63,964 bases of DNA, filler included, from Reticulomyxa filosa (GCA_000512085.1; 22 parts of 22 records of this genome joined end to end with filler, not necessarily neighbours in it), one strand, 5' to 3'. Shown: positions 36,800 to 49,635, counted from the whole stretch's first letter. Translations and numbers: made by a program. Notes: generated by a model from the sequence alone, not told the origin.

Positions 36800-37335
36800 C
36801 AACATTATCCCAATATGACCTTTATATGAGCCATAACAAAGATTAATTTGATTACTATTTTTGCCTTATAACTCTAAAAATTTAAAATAAAGTATTGTCA
36901 TCTCCTTTAATTGTGTATAATTCTTTTTTGTTTGATCGAATATCCCAAAAACGAATTGTATTATCAAATGACCCAGAACAAATTACATTTAAATTAAAAG
37001 AAACTTTGCTATTTTTTATTACAAATGGCGAACATTCAACATTAATACAGTATAAGGTGTCATTAAATATTTGCATTTATTTACCAGGTCTAATGTCCCA
37101 TAAACGAACACTTTCATCACTTAATCCAGATAATTTTATATTTGAACCATTCATTATTTCTAATTTATTTGGACCATATTTTACACTCCAAATCCAATCT
37201 TTATGTTCATTCAAAATAATTAATTATTTAGCTGTTTCAATATCCCCAGAACAAACAACATATCTGTTACCACCAATCATACCAATATTATTACTTCTAT
37301 CGTTATTGTTGTTACTTTGTAATGGTGAAATAAAA
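36800..37335 (-). pseudogene. WD40-family pseudogene
   Basis: ISPLQSNNNDRSNNIGMIGGNRY...VRLWDIR...ICSGSFDNTIRFWDIRSNKKELYTIKGDD with deletions and frameshifts. Confidence 0.85.
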
Positions 37336-37762
37336 AAATATTTACATAAGACAACGTGGTGGAATATTTCCAGCTTTTTTTGGTTTTTTAATGTGCAAAT
37401 ACATTCATTTCAAATTTTCTCATTCACAGCATTTATTCAATGATTTTTAAATTTAAAAACATAAATATTCTATCATCTTCAATGACAAATAAAAATTTGC
37501 AATTTTTTTTATAAAATAAATTGTAAAGACACAAATAAATCGATCACAGGATAAACAACAAAAAAAAGCAAAGAAATACTAAGAAGAAGAAAAAAACTGA
37601 GATTGTCAAGCGAAATTGCGTTTGTTGAAATTTCAAATTTAAATTGAAGGTAAACAGATTAATCATATTTGGATATTCATTCTTGACACACTTAATTTAT
37701 CCAACAACAAAATAAAATCCACTTTTATTTCTTTTCTGTATCCAAAACCTATTCAAATACGC

Positions 37763-37996
37763 TTACAAATTTTTAAATTTTAATTTGACTGCTTTTGTTT
37801 TTTGGTGATTTGTACCCAATTTTTGAGTATAAATCGATAATGCATTTTCATAACACTTCCTTGCCTCCTTTTTGTTTCCTTTTTTACAATTGATAGCTCC
37901 TAAAATACTATATGAATCACCAACATCTGGATGGTCAGAATCCAATTTATTTAATCTCAATCTCAATGATTTCTTTCCAAATTCCATTGCTTTGTC
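37763..37996 (-). CDS. TPR protein C-terminus (5' truncated by the contig end)
   Basis: KAMEFGKKSLRLRLNKLDSDHPDVGDSYSILG...YENALSIYTQKLGTNHQKTK is homologous to the end of the 24706 TPR gene. Confidence 0.8.
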   Translation of the reverse strand, partial: DKAMEFGKKSLRLRLNKLDSDHPDVGDSYSILGAINCKKGNKKEARKCYENALSIYTQKLGTNHQKTKAVKLKFKNL

Positions 37997-38149
37997 NNNN
38001 NNNNNNNNNNNNNNNNNNNNNNNNNNNNNNNNNNNNNNNNTTAATTAATTAANNNNNNNNNNNNNNNNNNNNNNNNNNNNNNNNNNNNNNNNNNNNGACT
38101 TTCAATCCCCTCTATCTCTCCCAGCATTTGTGTTTATATGTGACGCACA

Positions 38150-38900
38150 TAGAAGTTGTATATTGTTTTAGTCGTCTTAACTTGGTTTGTAAATGCAACT
38201 TATACTTACTTCCATCTTTAAAGATAATGTAAAACAGATTGGAGTCAGGGTCGAATTGAGATTGGAGAAGGTCACGAGGCGAATAGATTTCCCCTGACAC
38301 AGATCACCCCTCACTTTTGAAATTAAAAGAAGAGTTGAATGGACACAAGAAGAAACAAAAGAACGAAGGGGGGGAGGAGGAAAAAACAAAACAAACACAT
38401 AAACATATAAGAATACATACTTTTGGAGAGATCTTCCAAATTTGTGAAAACAATTTTAGTTGAGGTGAACATGATATCAGTCTTTACAGTGCGCTCTTTG
38501 GATTTGCTTGATCCGGAATGCTTTGGCCATTTAACCATCATTTTCCAAAAGTCGTCGTTGTAATCGTCATTTTGCGTCGAAAACGACTTGGCTCGTACTT
38601 TGTCGGCCTGATGTTTGGAGAGACGATCACCTCCGGCAGCAGTGTCGTTGCCGTGACCGGACAGTCCCCCTTGGATCATCACGGACTTGTGATGGTAGGA
38701 CCTCGCAGATGGCGGTTGGTAGGTGATGCTTTCGTTTCGAACAACTTTTTTTTTGGCTTTGTAGTCGAGCATATCTCCATTCAGAGTATTGGGGATTGGG
38801 AAAGCAGTGAATCGACTGGGCTCAATGGATCCAGGAGAGACAATCACACTGGGTACGGACCATCCCATTGTCGGGTTTTTTCGTTTCTATTTTGCAACGT
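38150..38900 (-). CDS. Internal exons of a hypothetical protein, possibly with a PH-like domain
   Basis: 181-aa ORF ending WKMMVKWPKH...KERTVKTDIMFTSTKIVFTNL, then an exon reading ...NLFYIIFKDGSKYKLHLQ. The PH-like fold is inference only. Confidence 0.55.
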
Positions 38901-39084
38901 GTTTGTTGCGGGTTGTATATACATACGTATTTATTTTTGTACATATGATAATTGATGTTTGATTGTTTCGGTTATGTCAATATATATATATGTATATAAT
39001 ATTATATATACATTTATATACATGTATACGTATATATGTATACATATGTGTATGTTATATAAGGTTAAAAAAAAAAAAAAAAAA

Positions 39085-39124
<40 letters not shown>

Positions 39125-40394
39125 NNNNNNNNNNNNNNNNNNNNNNNNNNNNNNNNNNNNNNNNNNNNTTAATTAATTAANNNNNNNNNNNNNNNNNNNN
39201 NNNNNNNNNNNNNNNNNNNNNNNNTTGCCTTTACATAACACACAATGATGTTTCTTTGGTGATTTTTTAAACTTGCATTGAGTAAAAATATGACTTATTC
39301 TTCCACAATACTTGCATATTGGTTTTTTATTGCAATATTTATTTATATTCTACAATCGATTCAAGGAAAGTTCTTTACTTTGCATGTCATTAAATCGATT
39401 TGAAATTTCTTCTGGCTCTGAATTTTGAACACTTTTGGACAAATGAACATAAAGAATGGAGTGTGTTTGTGCTCTTATTTTTGGCCTGATATACTTTGAA
39501 TCTGTATTCATAAAACGAATTAAAGATGATGCAGATAACAGCATCCTTCCTTTAACTAATGTTGGAAAATTAGTGCAAAAATATTGTCGTCTGATTTTTC
39601 TGCTTTTTTTTTCCAAACATTATCTTCATTTACTTCCTCATTCTTTTTTTCTTAACTTAAATTGCATTTTGTATCATTTTCTTTATCTATTCTTTCATCT
39701 TTTCATTATTTTCAACTATTTTTTTCTAATTGAGGTACTTTATTCAATCTTTTTTGCCTTTTATTATTATGTTGATATGCTTGATATATGTCATCATTTT
39801 CGTCATAAGATAATTTTTTCCTTTTTCTGTTCAGTGTTTTAGTTTCATACACTGACATCATACACTGAGAATTATTTGATGTCATTATAGCTGCAGAGCG
39901 CTAAAACACGTTCTGGAGATATTCCAATATATTGTTCCGATGATGTTCTGGACTGTTCTGGTAGTGTTCCAGAGATATGTAGATATATATCGATATCGCT
40001 TATAGTGATATTTTCGCTCGGTTTGACTAAACCAATATACTGTGAACTGTTCGGACCAGTTAAAAATTGTTCTGGAAATTTTCTTTGCTTGTATGTAAAC
40101 AAAAATCAAAATTTATTGCACATATATATCGCTAGAAGCTTGCTGGAACACAGTATCTCTCGATTTTTTCAAAGAATAGCACAATGATTACGTCGAAATT
40201 TATTTTTTTTTATAAATATTGTGGNNNNNNNNNNNNNNNNNNNNNNNNNNNNNNNNNNNNNNNNNNNNTTAATTAATTAANNNNNNNNNNNNNNNNNNNN
40301 NNNNNNNNNNNNNNNNNNNNNNNNTTTTTTTTACAAAAAACAAAAAAAAAATTGTTCACATTTTACCGTGAGATACACACTTATGTATATAAAT

Positions 40395-41810
40395 AAACTT
40401 TTGGAAAATCGTGAGAAGCAATAACAGGAAATTGTGTTATTGCCGATGCGTTATCCATAGCACAAAATAGTTTGCCACGTTCTTTTAGGACAGAAAGAAA
40501 GTGAGAAGAGGGTGTAGTTTCGATTTGCAAGATTTGGGCAATGTAATAAAAGTTTTCAATCCAATAGAACGAGTGATGATGGTCGAATATTTTGGGAATA
40601 GGGACTCCGTAAGGGGAACACGTAAACAAGTCTGTCGGGACATATTTCTCTTCTCTATCCCATCGACACTCGTTCGTGATATTTAACAGTCCAATCAAAC
40701 TTTGATAACAATGCTCAAAGTCCCCTCTTTCTTCTTCTATTTTATCCCCGTTTTTTTCAAACGAACCCATATGTTTGCAGTCGTCATCCTTCTTATTGTC
40801 GCTATCTTTGTTCTGGCTTCGCTTCAAACAACAACGATTTTGTTCGTTTCCATTGCTTTGATTGCCTAATCTCTCTTGTGCAGCCTTTTTGTGTGTATCA
40901 ATCCCCCCTGCTTTTTTTTTTTTAAAATATACATCGACGGTAAAACAAAGAAAAAACACTTGCATAAATCAAAACTTGCATGCCAAGGCCCATGTAAGAG
41001 TGGGTGAAAACGGTGAACATGACAGTGCCAATTTCAATCCGCGTAAGAAATTCTGCGGGAATATGAGGCAGTTGTTGTTCGGTGGGTACGTAGGAGATTT
41101 GAAGTGATTCTCCGCCCATTTCAAGAACACCACGAGTTTGAGCCTTTTTTTTTGGGATTAAATAATTAGTAATAATAAAAAATAAAAAATAAAAAATAAC
41201 ATATACTTATTATTATTTTTTATTATTATTAAATTTGTTATCGTTCTCTGTCTTGCCTTTTTTTTTTTTTCTCCCTTCTCCTGTTCCCTTTCTCAATTTC
41301 AAAACTTGAAAGGGCGAGCCCATGGTCACTCCTTTTTGAATTTCCCCATTCAGATAATTGGCAGTGATCCAACCCCACACACCCTCATGCTTTCCGTCAA
41401 TAATTCGCACCCAATCCTTTTTCACTAAAAACTCCGAGTCTTGTAACTCCTCCGCACACATTCGCATGATCATCGAGGCCAGCGTGTTGTTTTCCTCGCG
41501 TAGCTTACGCATCCCCGCGGTGGCCAGCAAATACAGCGGTGTTCTGGAACGGACATAATGCGGTACATGCTCACGTGCATAGTTTATCAATGGGGACAAA
41601 TACTGCGTGATTTTGCTTCGTTTCAATGTTTGATATTCGAATGATGACAAGCCCGGACTGAACTTTTTGTATTGGTGGTTTGCAAAGTCGAAGTCTATTA
41701 GCATCCCGCTCGGATAACGAGAAAACCGATACACATGCACTCGTGAACCTGTGCTCCCGGCATCGATTATCACTGCGTATTCATAGTCTCTCCCAAATGA
41801 AGGAACCAAC
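40395..41810 (-). CDS. GDA1/CD39 family nucleoside diphosphatase (NTPDase/apyrase), internal exons
   Basis: ACR1 IIDAGSTGSRVHVY, ACR2 ATAGMR, ACR3 IIDGKHEGVWGWITANYL, ACR4 GVLEMGGESLQISY, plus THSYMGLG. Confidence 0.93.
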
Positions 41811-41996
41811 TCTTTTTTTTTGAGGGGGGGAGGAAAAAAAAAAAATACTGTCATTATTATTTTTTTTTTNNNNNNNNNNNNNNNNNNNNNNNNNNNNNNN
41901 NNNNNNNNNNNNNTTAATTAATTAANNNNNNNNNNNNNNNNNNNNNNNNNNNNNNNNNNNNNNNNNNNNTTTTTTTTGATTGGTTGCAATAGCAAG

Positions 41997-42945
41997 GATT
42001 CACGCCTTTGCAAAATGCCGTGTCTTATCAATCCACACTCAGTGAAGAGTTAATCCAAGCCCTTGTCCCAACCAACTCCAAACACAACCACTCGTTTTGG
42101 GAACACAAATGCAATAACTTTGGTGTTAAGTTTTTATATGTATGTTTGACGTATATGTATATGTATGTGTTTTTTGTTTTGTTTTGTGGGCACATTGGAT
42201 CAGAACGGATTGACGTTGTTGCACATATTGTTCAACTGCTCACTACCAAACGTATTGTCTCGATTGAAAGTGCTGAACAAATTTGTACCACAACAGTCGT
42301 GGGAAAGATTAGTCGTTACCACTGATAGCGTTGAGTTTGAAATCTTAACAAACTAATTAACCTTTCTTTTTTTTTTTTTTTACGTATACGTATTTTTATG
42401 TATTCACTCTGTCACTGTCACGTATGGGGTATTTGTAGTTCTGTCGAACGCCATTGATGTTCGCGCTATGGCTTTCCCCAGAAATGGATGAACAAATATT
42501 GCCAATGTTGGTCCCAAAGAATGTGAATGCGACCTTTTGGAAAATGATCACCAACGTAGTGTCTTTGTTTGTAGTTTGCCCTTCTTTCTTTCTTTTTGCT
42601 GCCTCTCTCACCCTGTGGAAGTCTGTCTACGTTTTGTAGAACGTTCGGAACGACTTGGAGGGATTAAATATCCTGCACTCAGTGCCATGAACGAAAAAAA
42701 CAATGCCCTACAAAATCTACAATGTTTGCGCCAGATGATTCCTGCTGACGTGTGGAATGAATTGTTGGAAATGAAGAGCCAGACTTTGGTATTTTTTTTT
42801 TATATATAATTTTTTTTTTTACATTATTTTAAGTACACGCTTATTTGTAACTTAACAGCTAAAAGAAACGCCTTTGGAAATGGCCTGCCGATTAGAGAAA
42901 TCACAAAACATCCTGTCAATATTGACAGAACGTCGGTTATTGTAA
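41997..42945 (+). CDS. Ankyrin-like repeat protein, 3' exons, with one apparent 1-nt frameshift at ~42678
   Basis: Repeat heads GFTPLQNAV, NGLTLLHIL, RTPLMFAL, GLNILH and ETPLEMAC, one per exon. Confidence 0.7.
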
Positions 42946-43639
42946 CTTTTTTTGCTAAAACATTACAACAAATGTGTAGTATGAAATATTCTCTTTGTCA
43001 GTTTATCTCGGTTTACTTATTGAATGATAATTTCGCTTTCACCATTCGTTTTTTGGTAAATAGATGTTTTCAATTTTATTTACAGCCACAACATAAAGAG
43101 ATATCTTAAGATGAACTATTCATGAGATATTGAATTACTGACCGTTCATATCTTGCTTCAGGAGAAAATATTGTTTTGATAACCACCCTGTTGTTCTTTT
43201 AACTTTTTCCCGTTTTGATACTATTCATCCAATGCGGCTTGATATGTCTTGTCAATAAAATTGTCTGATAAAAACATAAGGAACGAATACTTCAAATATC
43301 TTGCAATTTATTATGCTTTGAATTCTTTAAAAAGCATTGAACGCAGCTTGTTAAATTTTTTAACAATAAAATAAGATAGAAAAAAACAGTTTTTCAATGC
43401 TTACATTTAATCAAATCAAACAATTTTAATATCATCTTTATTTTTTTTCAAAAAAAGACACTTTCATTTTTTATTGTACAAAAAGTAAATTATCCCCAAA
43501 TACGAATGAAACCATTCAGTGAACAATAACACAAATTCAAATCATATGTAATATACTTTGTTTTCTCTTTTTTAATATAATAAATATAAGACAAAATATT
43601 ACATTATCTTCTATCTAGTAATTTGTTAACGTGTAACCG

Positions 43640-44780
43640 CGAGATCATATTATGTGTTGTCGTGTCATATAGAAAGAATGCACGATATAATTGAAGCTAA
43701 AATGGCAATACAAAAAAGACTGTTGTGACACAATGTACACAAAATTTGTACTAAATGAACAACTGCATATTGCGACTGAACTATTGTATGTACAAAATGA
43801 ACATACACTGTACATGTCTAAGTAAAGGATGAAACAATTCAGTAAATCATTTAATCTTGCTGAGTATTTTCGAATCGAATCCAACAGGATAAAGCTGATG
43901 AATCGATACAAAATTGGTGATATCGAACGAATAAAAGGCATTAGTACGAAAATAAAAGAATAAATAAAAAAGTAAACGATTGATATAATATGAAAATCTT
44001 ATTAATGATTGCAACAACGAAAATGAAACTTTTGATATTTCAGAACGTAATAGACCACATAAACAAGAGCATTTCAGACAAAAAGAAGTTTCGAACATTG
44101 ACTTTGGCCAGCATGAAAATTTGGATTATGTTCAATAAATTATTGAAATAATTAAAAGTCAAGAAAAAGACATTCAAACAAAAAACAAAAAAGAAATATG
44201 ATTTCTAGATAAATCGAAAAAGACAATTACAATAAAGATAAAGAAATTGAAAAACTGAAACATGAAAACGAAAAAATAATGAAGTTATTGGATGAAAGTG
44301 ATTGCATTATATCGAATATTGACAAAAGGATTAGTCAAAAAAATGTAAATTATAACAAATTTGATTATTTGGACAATAAAATTGCAGAATCACAAGTAGT
44401 GATTGAAAGTGATGACATAAACTTTTACAACAAACGTCATCCACTTGAACAAATAAAACAGTATTATGTGAGAATGTACAAGGCAATCAATTATTAAGTA
44501 CTGAAAATTATATTTTGGAGCTATTCAAAGAATATATCATGGAATATAAAATTGAATCTAAGAATTTGAAGAATGAAAATTTGTTGCTTCGTAATCAAAA
44601 CGAAATTAAAAATAGAACTAGCAGAAATTCGAACAAAGTTAAATACAATTGAATGTTTTGCTAAATGTATTGAATTTTAAAAAAGAAAGTTAGTTAGTAT
44701 TGATCCAGTCACAAGTTATCATAAGACGTAGATTTAACTCGACAAGTGGATACCAGTAAAAAACAAGTGGCGAACATTGA
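43640..44780 (+). pseudogene. Heavily decayed coding-like (K/E/N-rich coiled-coil) region of unknown origin
   Basis: A-rich codon-like stretches with many stops; no motif recognised. Confidence 0.3.
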
Positions 44781-46030
44781 AAGATCTAAAATATTTGAAA
44801 TAGTAAATAAGCAATCAAAACATAATTATGATTTTCACCTAATTTTTTAAAATATCTATACTTTTTAAATATCATTTTGATTTTTTATTACATATTTACT
44901 AATTGTTTAAAAAATTTGAATATTTTATTGATTTTTGAAAATTTTCGAGAAAAAGTTGACAATCTTGACTAAGTCGTAACTTACAAAAAAAATTATTTTT
45001 GCAGAATTTAATGTTATTTTCAAAGTTTGTACATTGTGAATACATGATTGTTTTTAATTATTGTTTGCTTTGTCTTTACTTATCATTCTTTGTTTTTTGT
45101 CCAATGCCAAACAAGTCAAGTTAATTCAAAAGCATAAGAACTAAAATTTTTTTTGTGGTAAGATTGTTTTTAATGAAAATTACCATTTTGTTGCATCACT
45201 TTTTGCATTGTATAATGCTTGTATTCTCTCTGGCATTGACTTTGTTAAGTTTATGCATGTTTCTTTGTCATTTTTTCACATTCTAATTCAAATGATCTCC
45301 AAATCCTTCTTTTGATCTGAGTGGTCTATTTTTGAATATTTTTGTGTTCAACATTTGGTTAATGTCTGTAGAATTTAAAGTGAAATTCAAACTTTTATAG
45401 CATTTTGTTCAAAATATTCTTTTGCTGTAATTTCTGTGTGGCTATTAGCATTATCTTGCTAAAATGTACATCTTAATTATCTCCAATTGATATATTTTGA
45501 TCGTTTCATTACATATAATTTCTTTGTAAATATATTCATTGACATATCAATTAATATCACATTCATAACTAGGTCATAACAATCCAAAACAATACAACAC
45601 TATTATGCTTCTGCAACTAATTTTTGATGTTTTTATAATTGAACGGCAGCTTCCATTTACGCACACATATATGACCTACACTAAATTTTTTTCAACTTTG
45701 AGCAAAATCCGTCATAACGCAACAATTCAACAGCAAGTCTTTCGTTAGAATTCTAAACCCTTTAGCAATTTTCAAAAAAATAATTACAAAACTCAAACAT
45801 CGAACTACACTAAGCTAAAAAAAAAAGAAAAAAGTATAAAATATTGAAATAATTATGAAAGATTTAATAAAAAGACAAAATTATATTTAAAAATTACACG
45901 ATTTGTAGATATTAAAAAAAAATTATGTCTGAATATTGTTTTTCATTTAGAAAATCAATCATATATATAATGTGCTGTTTTAATTTTCAACTTTACTTTG
46001 AATTTTACTTTATAATCAATATTATTTGCT
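44780..46030 (-). mobile_element. Degenerate Tc1/mariner DNA transposon: transposase relic ~45180-45660 between long inverted repeats (~44780-44930 and ~45830-46030)
   Basis: Minus strand reads SIIVLYCFG, TF*QDNANSHT, EYFEQNAIKV, NSTDINQ and TCINLTKSMPERIQALYNAKSDATKW*. These correspond to Tc1 DD34E motifs MVWGCF, FQQDNAPxH, SPDLNPIE and SMPRRxxAVIxAKGGxTKY. The flanks are mutually inverted. Confidence 0.8.
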
Positions 46031-46399
46031 TTGCAATCTGACTTGCATTTGTCAATATACTATTTGTTGGAATTGACAGTTGCCTTTTCTCAACAAATAG
46101 CGTAATCGCTGCAAAGTCCACATAGCTTGTGTCAAATCGACTTATCTAATATATCGTTGATCACTAACAAACTCATTTGTAATATTAGTTGAGATAAATC
46201 AAAAAGTGACTATACGTTAGCATATTTTTGAATAAAATGTCAATCTAATGTTGCAAGTATAATATCACGTTGTTTTACTTTATCATTTCAATTGTTTCAA
46301 TTTGTTTATTTAAACAAGTTTTTTAAAAAAATAAGAAAAAAAAATTCAAATGAAACAAATAACATATATGTACATGTATAAACTTTGTATATTGAGTTA

Positions 46400-48200
46400 G
46401 TTGCATAACAGACTTATGTACGTACTTGATCAGCTTTTATAGCTTGTCGACATTTAGAATTTCCTCGTTCATTGACAACACTTTGTCTAGAATGTATTCG
46501 TTGCTCATTTTAAAAGCTTGATGACCTATTAACACATTGTACGAACGCTCCTTATAAATAGCTACTCCCAGTTTCGCTGTGTTCATGCCCTTCCAATGCA
46601 TTGTCTTCATTGGCACTTTCTGGTTCAATTTGCGCTTCTGCTCTTTTGGCTGCAGCGAAGGCAGTACTTACAACAATCCTGGAATTGCACACATATTGTC
46701 AGTAGTAGTATGTTGCATAGTAATATTATAGTGATAAAAACATTCCTGTGACTGGGTCTACTGTAAATGCAATATATCTCACTTGAATTACTACTTCAAA
46801 CTTTTCATTCAAATCGTCGTGTCTGTTGTGAAATTCCTGATTTCGTGTTCATTCCAACTTGACTTGATGTTTGTCGTTTGTTCTGGAGTATTTTGTTCCG
46901 GCACCAAATCGATAACCAAAAATTTGTCTTCGTATTTGTCTAGTCTCTACTATGATAACCCTGGTCCGGCATAGTATCTTGCACAAATTGCACTTGTCGA
47001 AAACCTACGTCCACGCGAGTGCCTCTATCTGTTTGCGATGCATTGTTCTAATGATCAAAGTTGGCAGTGGCTAGATACAAGGTTAAATTTATTGTAATAC
47101 CAGTATCTGACATTGTTGATTACCCTCCAGATAAGCGAGCTGTTCAATTTACTTCAGTCATACACACAACGACAAATCCCATTTTCTTTTATATCCTTCA
47201 ACACTTTCTATCAGCTCGATATCTGATGCTCATACTCTATGTTCGGCGATAGCAAGTCAGTCACGCTTACACCGATAAATACATTCACAATCAAATTCTA
47301 CTGCGTGTAATCCTTTACATTGTCTAAGTCTTGTACTATAGTTTCTGCTATCAACTCGTGGTCCGACATTTGTGCACTCGTCTTACTGTCTGTCTTCTCT
47401 TTTTGTAATATTTCCAATCGGGGTCATCGAAAACAGCGAGCTACGTGTTACATCGCAATCATATCCTTGTAAGTAGATGTCTTTATACATGATTACCTGT
47501 GTAAAACTTTTTTTTTGATTTGTTTGATAATGTTTGTTTGTTTATATGTCGTACAGACTGTTTATACCGTTTTATACTGCCAATGGCAAAGCGACTGCAT
47601 GAGTTTATCATTATACGTATACACATATTGGACACTGTTCTAACACAACAAACTATTTACATATACATTTATGTAAATATGATTATTGTTTTTCAAATCG
47701 ATTATTTGAAATAAATATATATATGTACTAACAAGAAAAATATAATTTCTCGGTGTTTGTAGAGACATGAAACTGGTTTCGAAGAATTGACCATTAGATT
47801 GTAATTAGAATTTATATTAACTAAAGATGAAGATACATTTATGAGCGCCTTTTGTTTGGCGGCCAACTCTTGAATACTGCATCTGTTTCTTTTCCAGTCA
47901 TTGATATCATTTGCGCTTGCAATGAACTAGTTACTTATATTCATACTGTTCATTTGCACATGCAATCAAATCTTTACTTATCTCTTTGCTTGTGCTGACA
48001 TTTATCTTCAGCTCATTTACCACAGCTCTTTTATTGGGCGATCTGCTCTAGTGTGTTTGTCTTCGGCTGGTCTTACGAGCTCTTATTGTTGTCCATTCTG
48101 AACACCATTTGCTTATTGATATTGATCGCGTTAGTGCTGGCTCTGGAGTATTTGGGTCATTCTTTTTGTGTTAATATCTTTTTTTCTTTTCTGTTTGATC
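46400..48200 (-). mobile_element. Probable decayed non-LTR retrotransposon ORF1 (gag-like) relic
   Basis: Fragments SEWTTIRARKTSRR..SRSP and GITINLTLY, plus eroded zinc-knuckle-like QC...H...ICARY-AG..HSRD*TN; many stops and strand-asymmetric composition. Confidence 0.35.
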
Positions 48201-48491
48201 ATATTCTTTTGTTGATCTGATTTCTCCATGTGTTCTCAAGTCTGTAATTTCTAGTCAATTCCCAAGAGATCAAAGGCACTAAGATAATGATTTAGAATAC
48301 CCACCAAAAGTTGAACAAAAACTTTTTGGAGTTTTGTAAAACTCCTGTTTGACGGAAAACAACTTGTCTCAGATGACGAAAACAAAGCATATAAAAGTAC
48401 CTTTCATATCCATAATATTTACTTATAAGTTGCACTGGCTTTTGAAAGAGAAGGGGCTAGCAAGCGCTAGTATTTCTAAAGAAAAAACGAA

Positions 48492-49490
48492 ATGGTAACT
48501 ATTCAAAGTTATACAGTGCCCATTACAATAGTTGGGATTTTAGTAACATTATTCTCATGGTCTGTTGTCGGGAAAGTGATATATAATTATTATCAGCAAC
48601 ACACATGCTCAAAAGGAAAGCTGCGCGTTTCTCCGCACTTTTACATAATAATATCGTCAAGTATTTTCTGTTTTACGTGCAGCACAACAGTGATGACGGT
48701 GATGTGCGTGGTATTTGTGGCGAGCAATAAGTCGTACACGTATGAATTTTGGAAAATCAGTGGGACATTATGTTTGTTATTTTTTGGGGCAGCAAAAATG
48801 GTATTATATGTATCAATATTAATGAGGTTGTATTACGTAGTGCAAAACAATGTACTGTTTAATGCAGAATATTTTGTTTCGAAATTTACCATGGTATTAT
48901 TGCTACTATTATTTCTGCTTTGTTTGTGTGGATATTCGTATATGCTAAGTGACCCATTATATGGACTTATTTTTGGATTTACATTTGATATACTGTTTTG
49001 TCTAAGTATAGCAGTTGCATTCAGCAAAGTGTTATTTCAATTGGTTTATGAGTATAGAAATGATCCCGCACCCTCTGCTCTCTCAAAGCCAGCGCATATT
49101 TACCAGCAGTTTTGATTGCGTTATCATGCAATTGCACGCAAACCGAGAAGGAATAAAGGGGAGAGAGAGGGGGGAGGGAGAGGGAAGAAAAAAAAAAAGG
49201 GGGAGGGAAGAGAGGAACGAGAAAACAACATGTGACTATGTTTGTGAATAATGGACAATGAAAAAGATCATCGAGCCACGTAGCAACGGAGGATTCAACA
49301 AAGGCGAGCACACCAACGACAGTAGCGACGAATGAAAAAAGTAAAGACAATCACTTTTCATTGCAAGCAACAAATCTTATGCACACACACGCGAGTGATT
49401 ATGAAGGGATGGTTCAACAAATGCTTGTTCGTTCCGAGAGCTCGCATGAAACTACGCCACAACTTTCAGTTCCAGACATGTGTCTCCCCC
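48492..49490 (+). CDS. Multi-pass membrane protein, GPCR-like lineage-specific family (3' truncated)
   Basis: At least 5 hydrophobic helices in a 207-aa exon; AKMVLYVSILMRLYY (TM3-like) and DILFCLSIAVAFSKVLFQL (TM5-like), followed by a long loop. Confidence 0.6.
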
Positions 49491-49502
49491 CCCCTTCTCT
49501 CC

Positions 49503-49535
<33 letters not shown>

Positions 49536-49635
49536 NNNNNNNNNNNNNNNNNNNNNNNNNNNNNNNNNNNNNNNNNNNNTTAATTAATTAANNNNNNNNN
49601 NNNNNNNNNNNNNNNNNNNNNNNNNNNNNNNNNNN

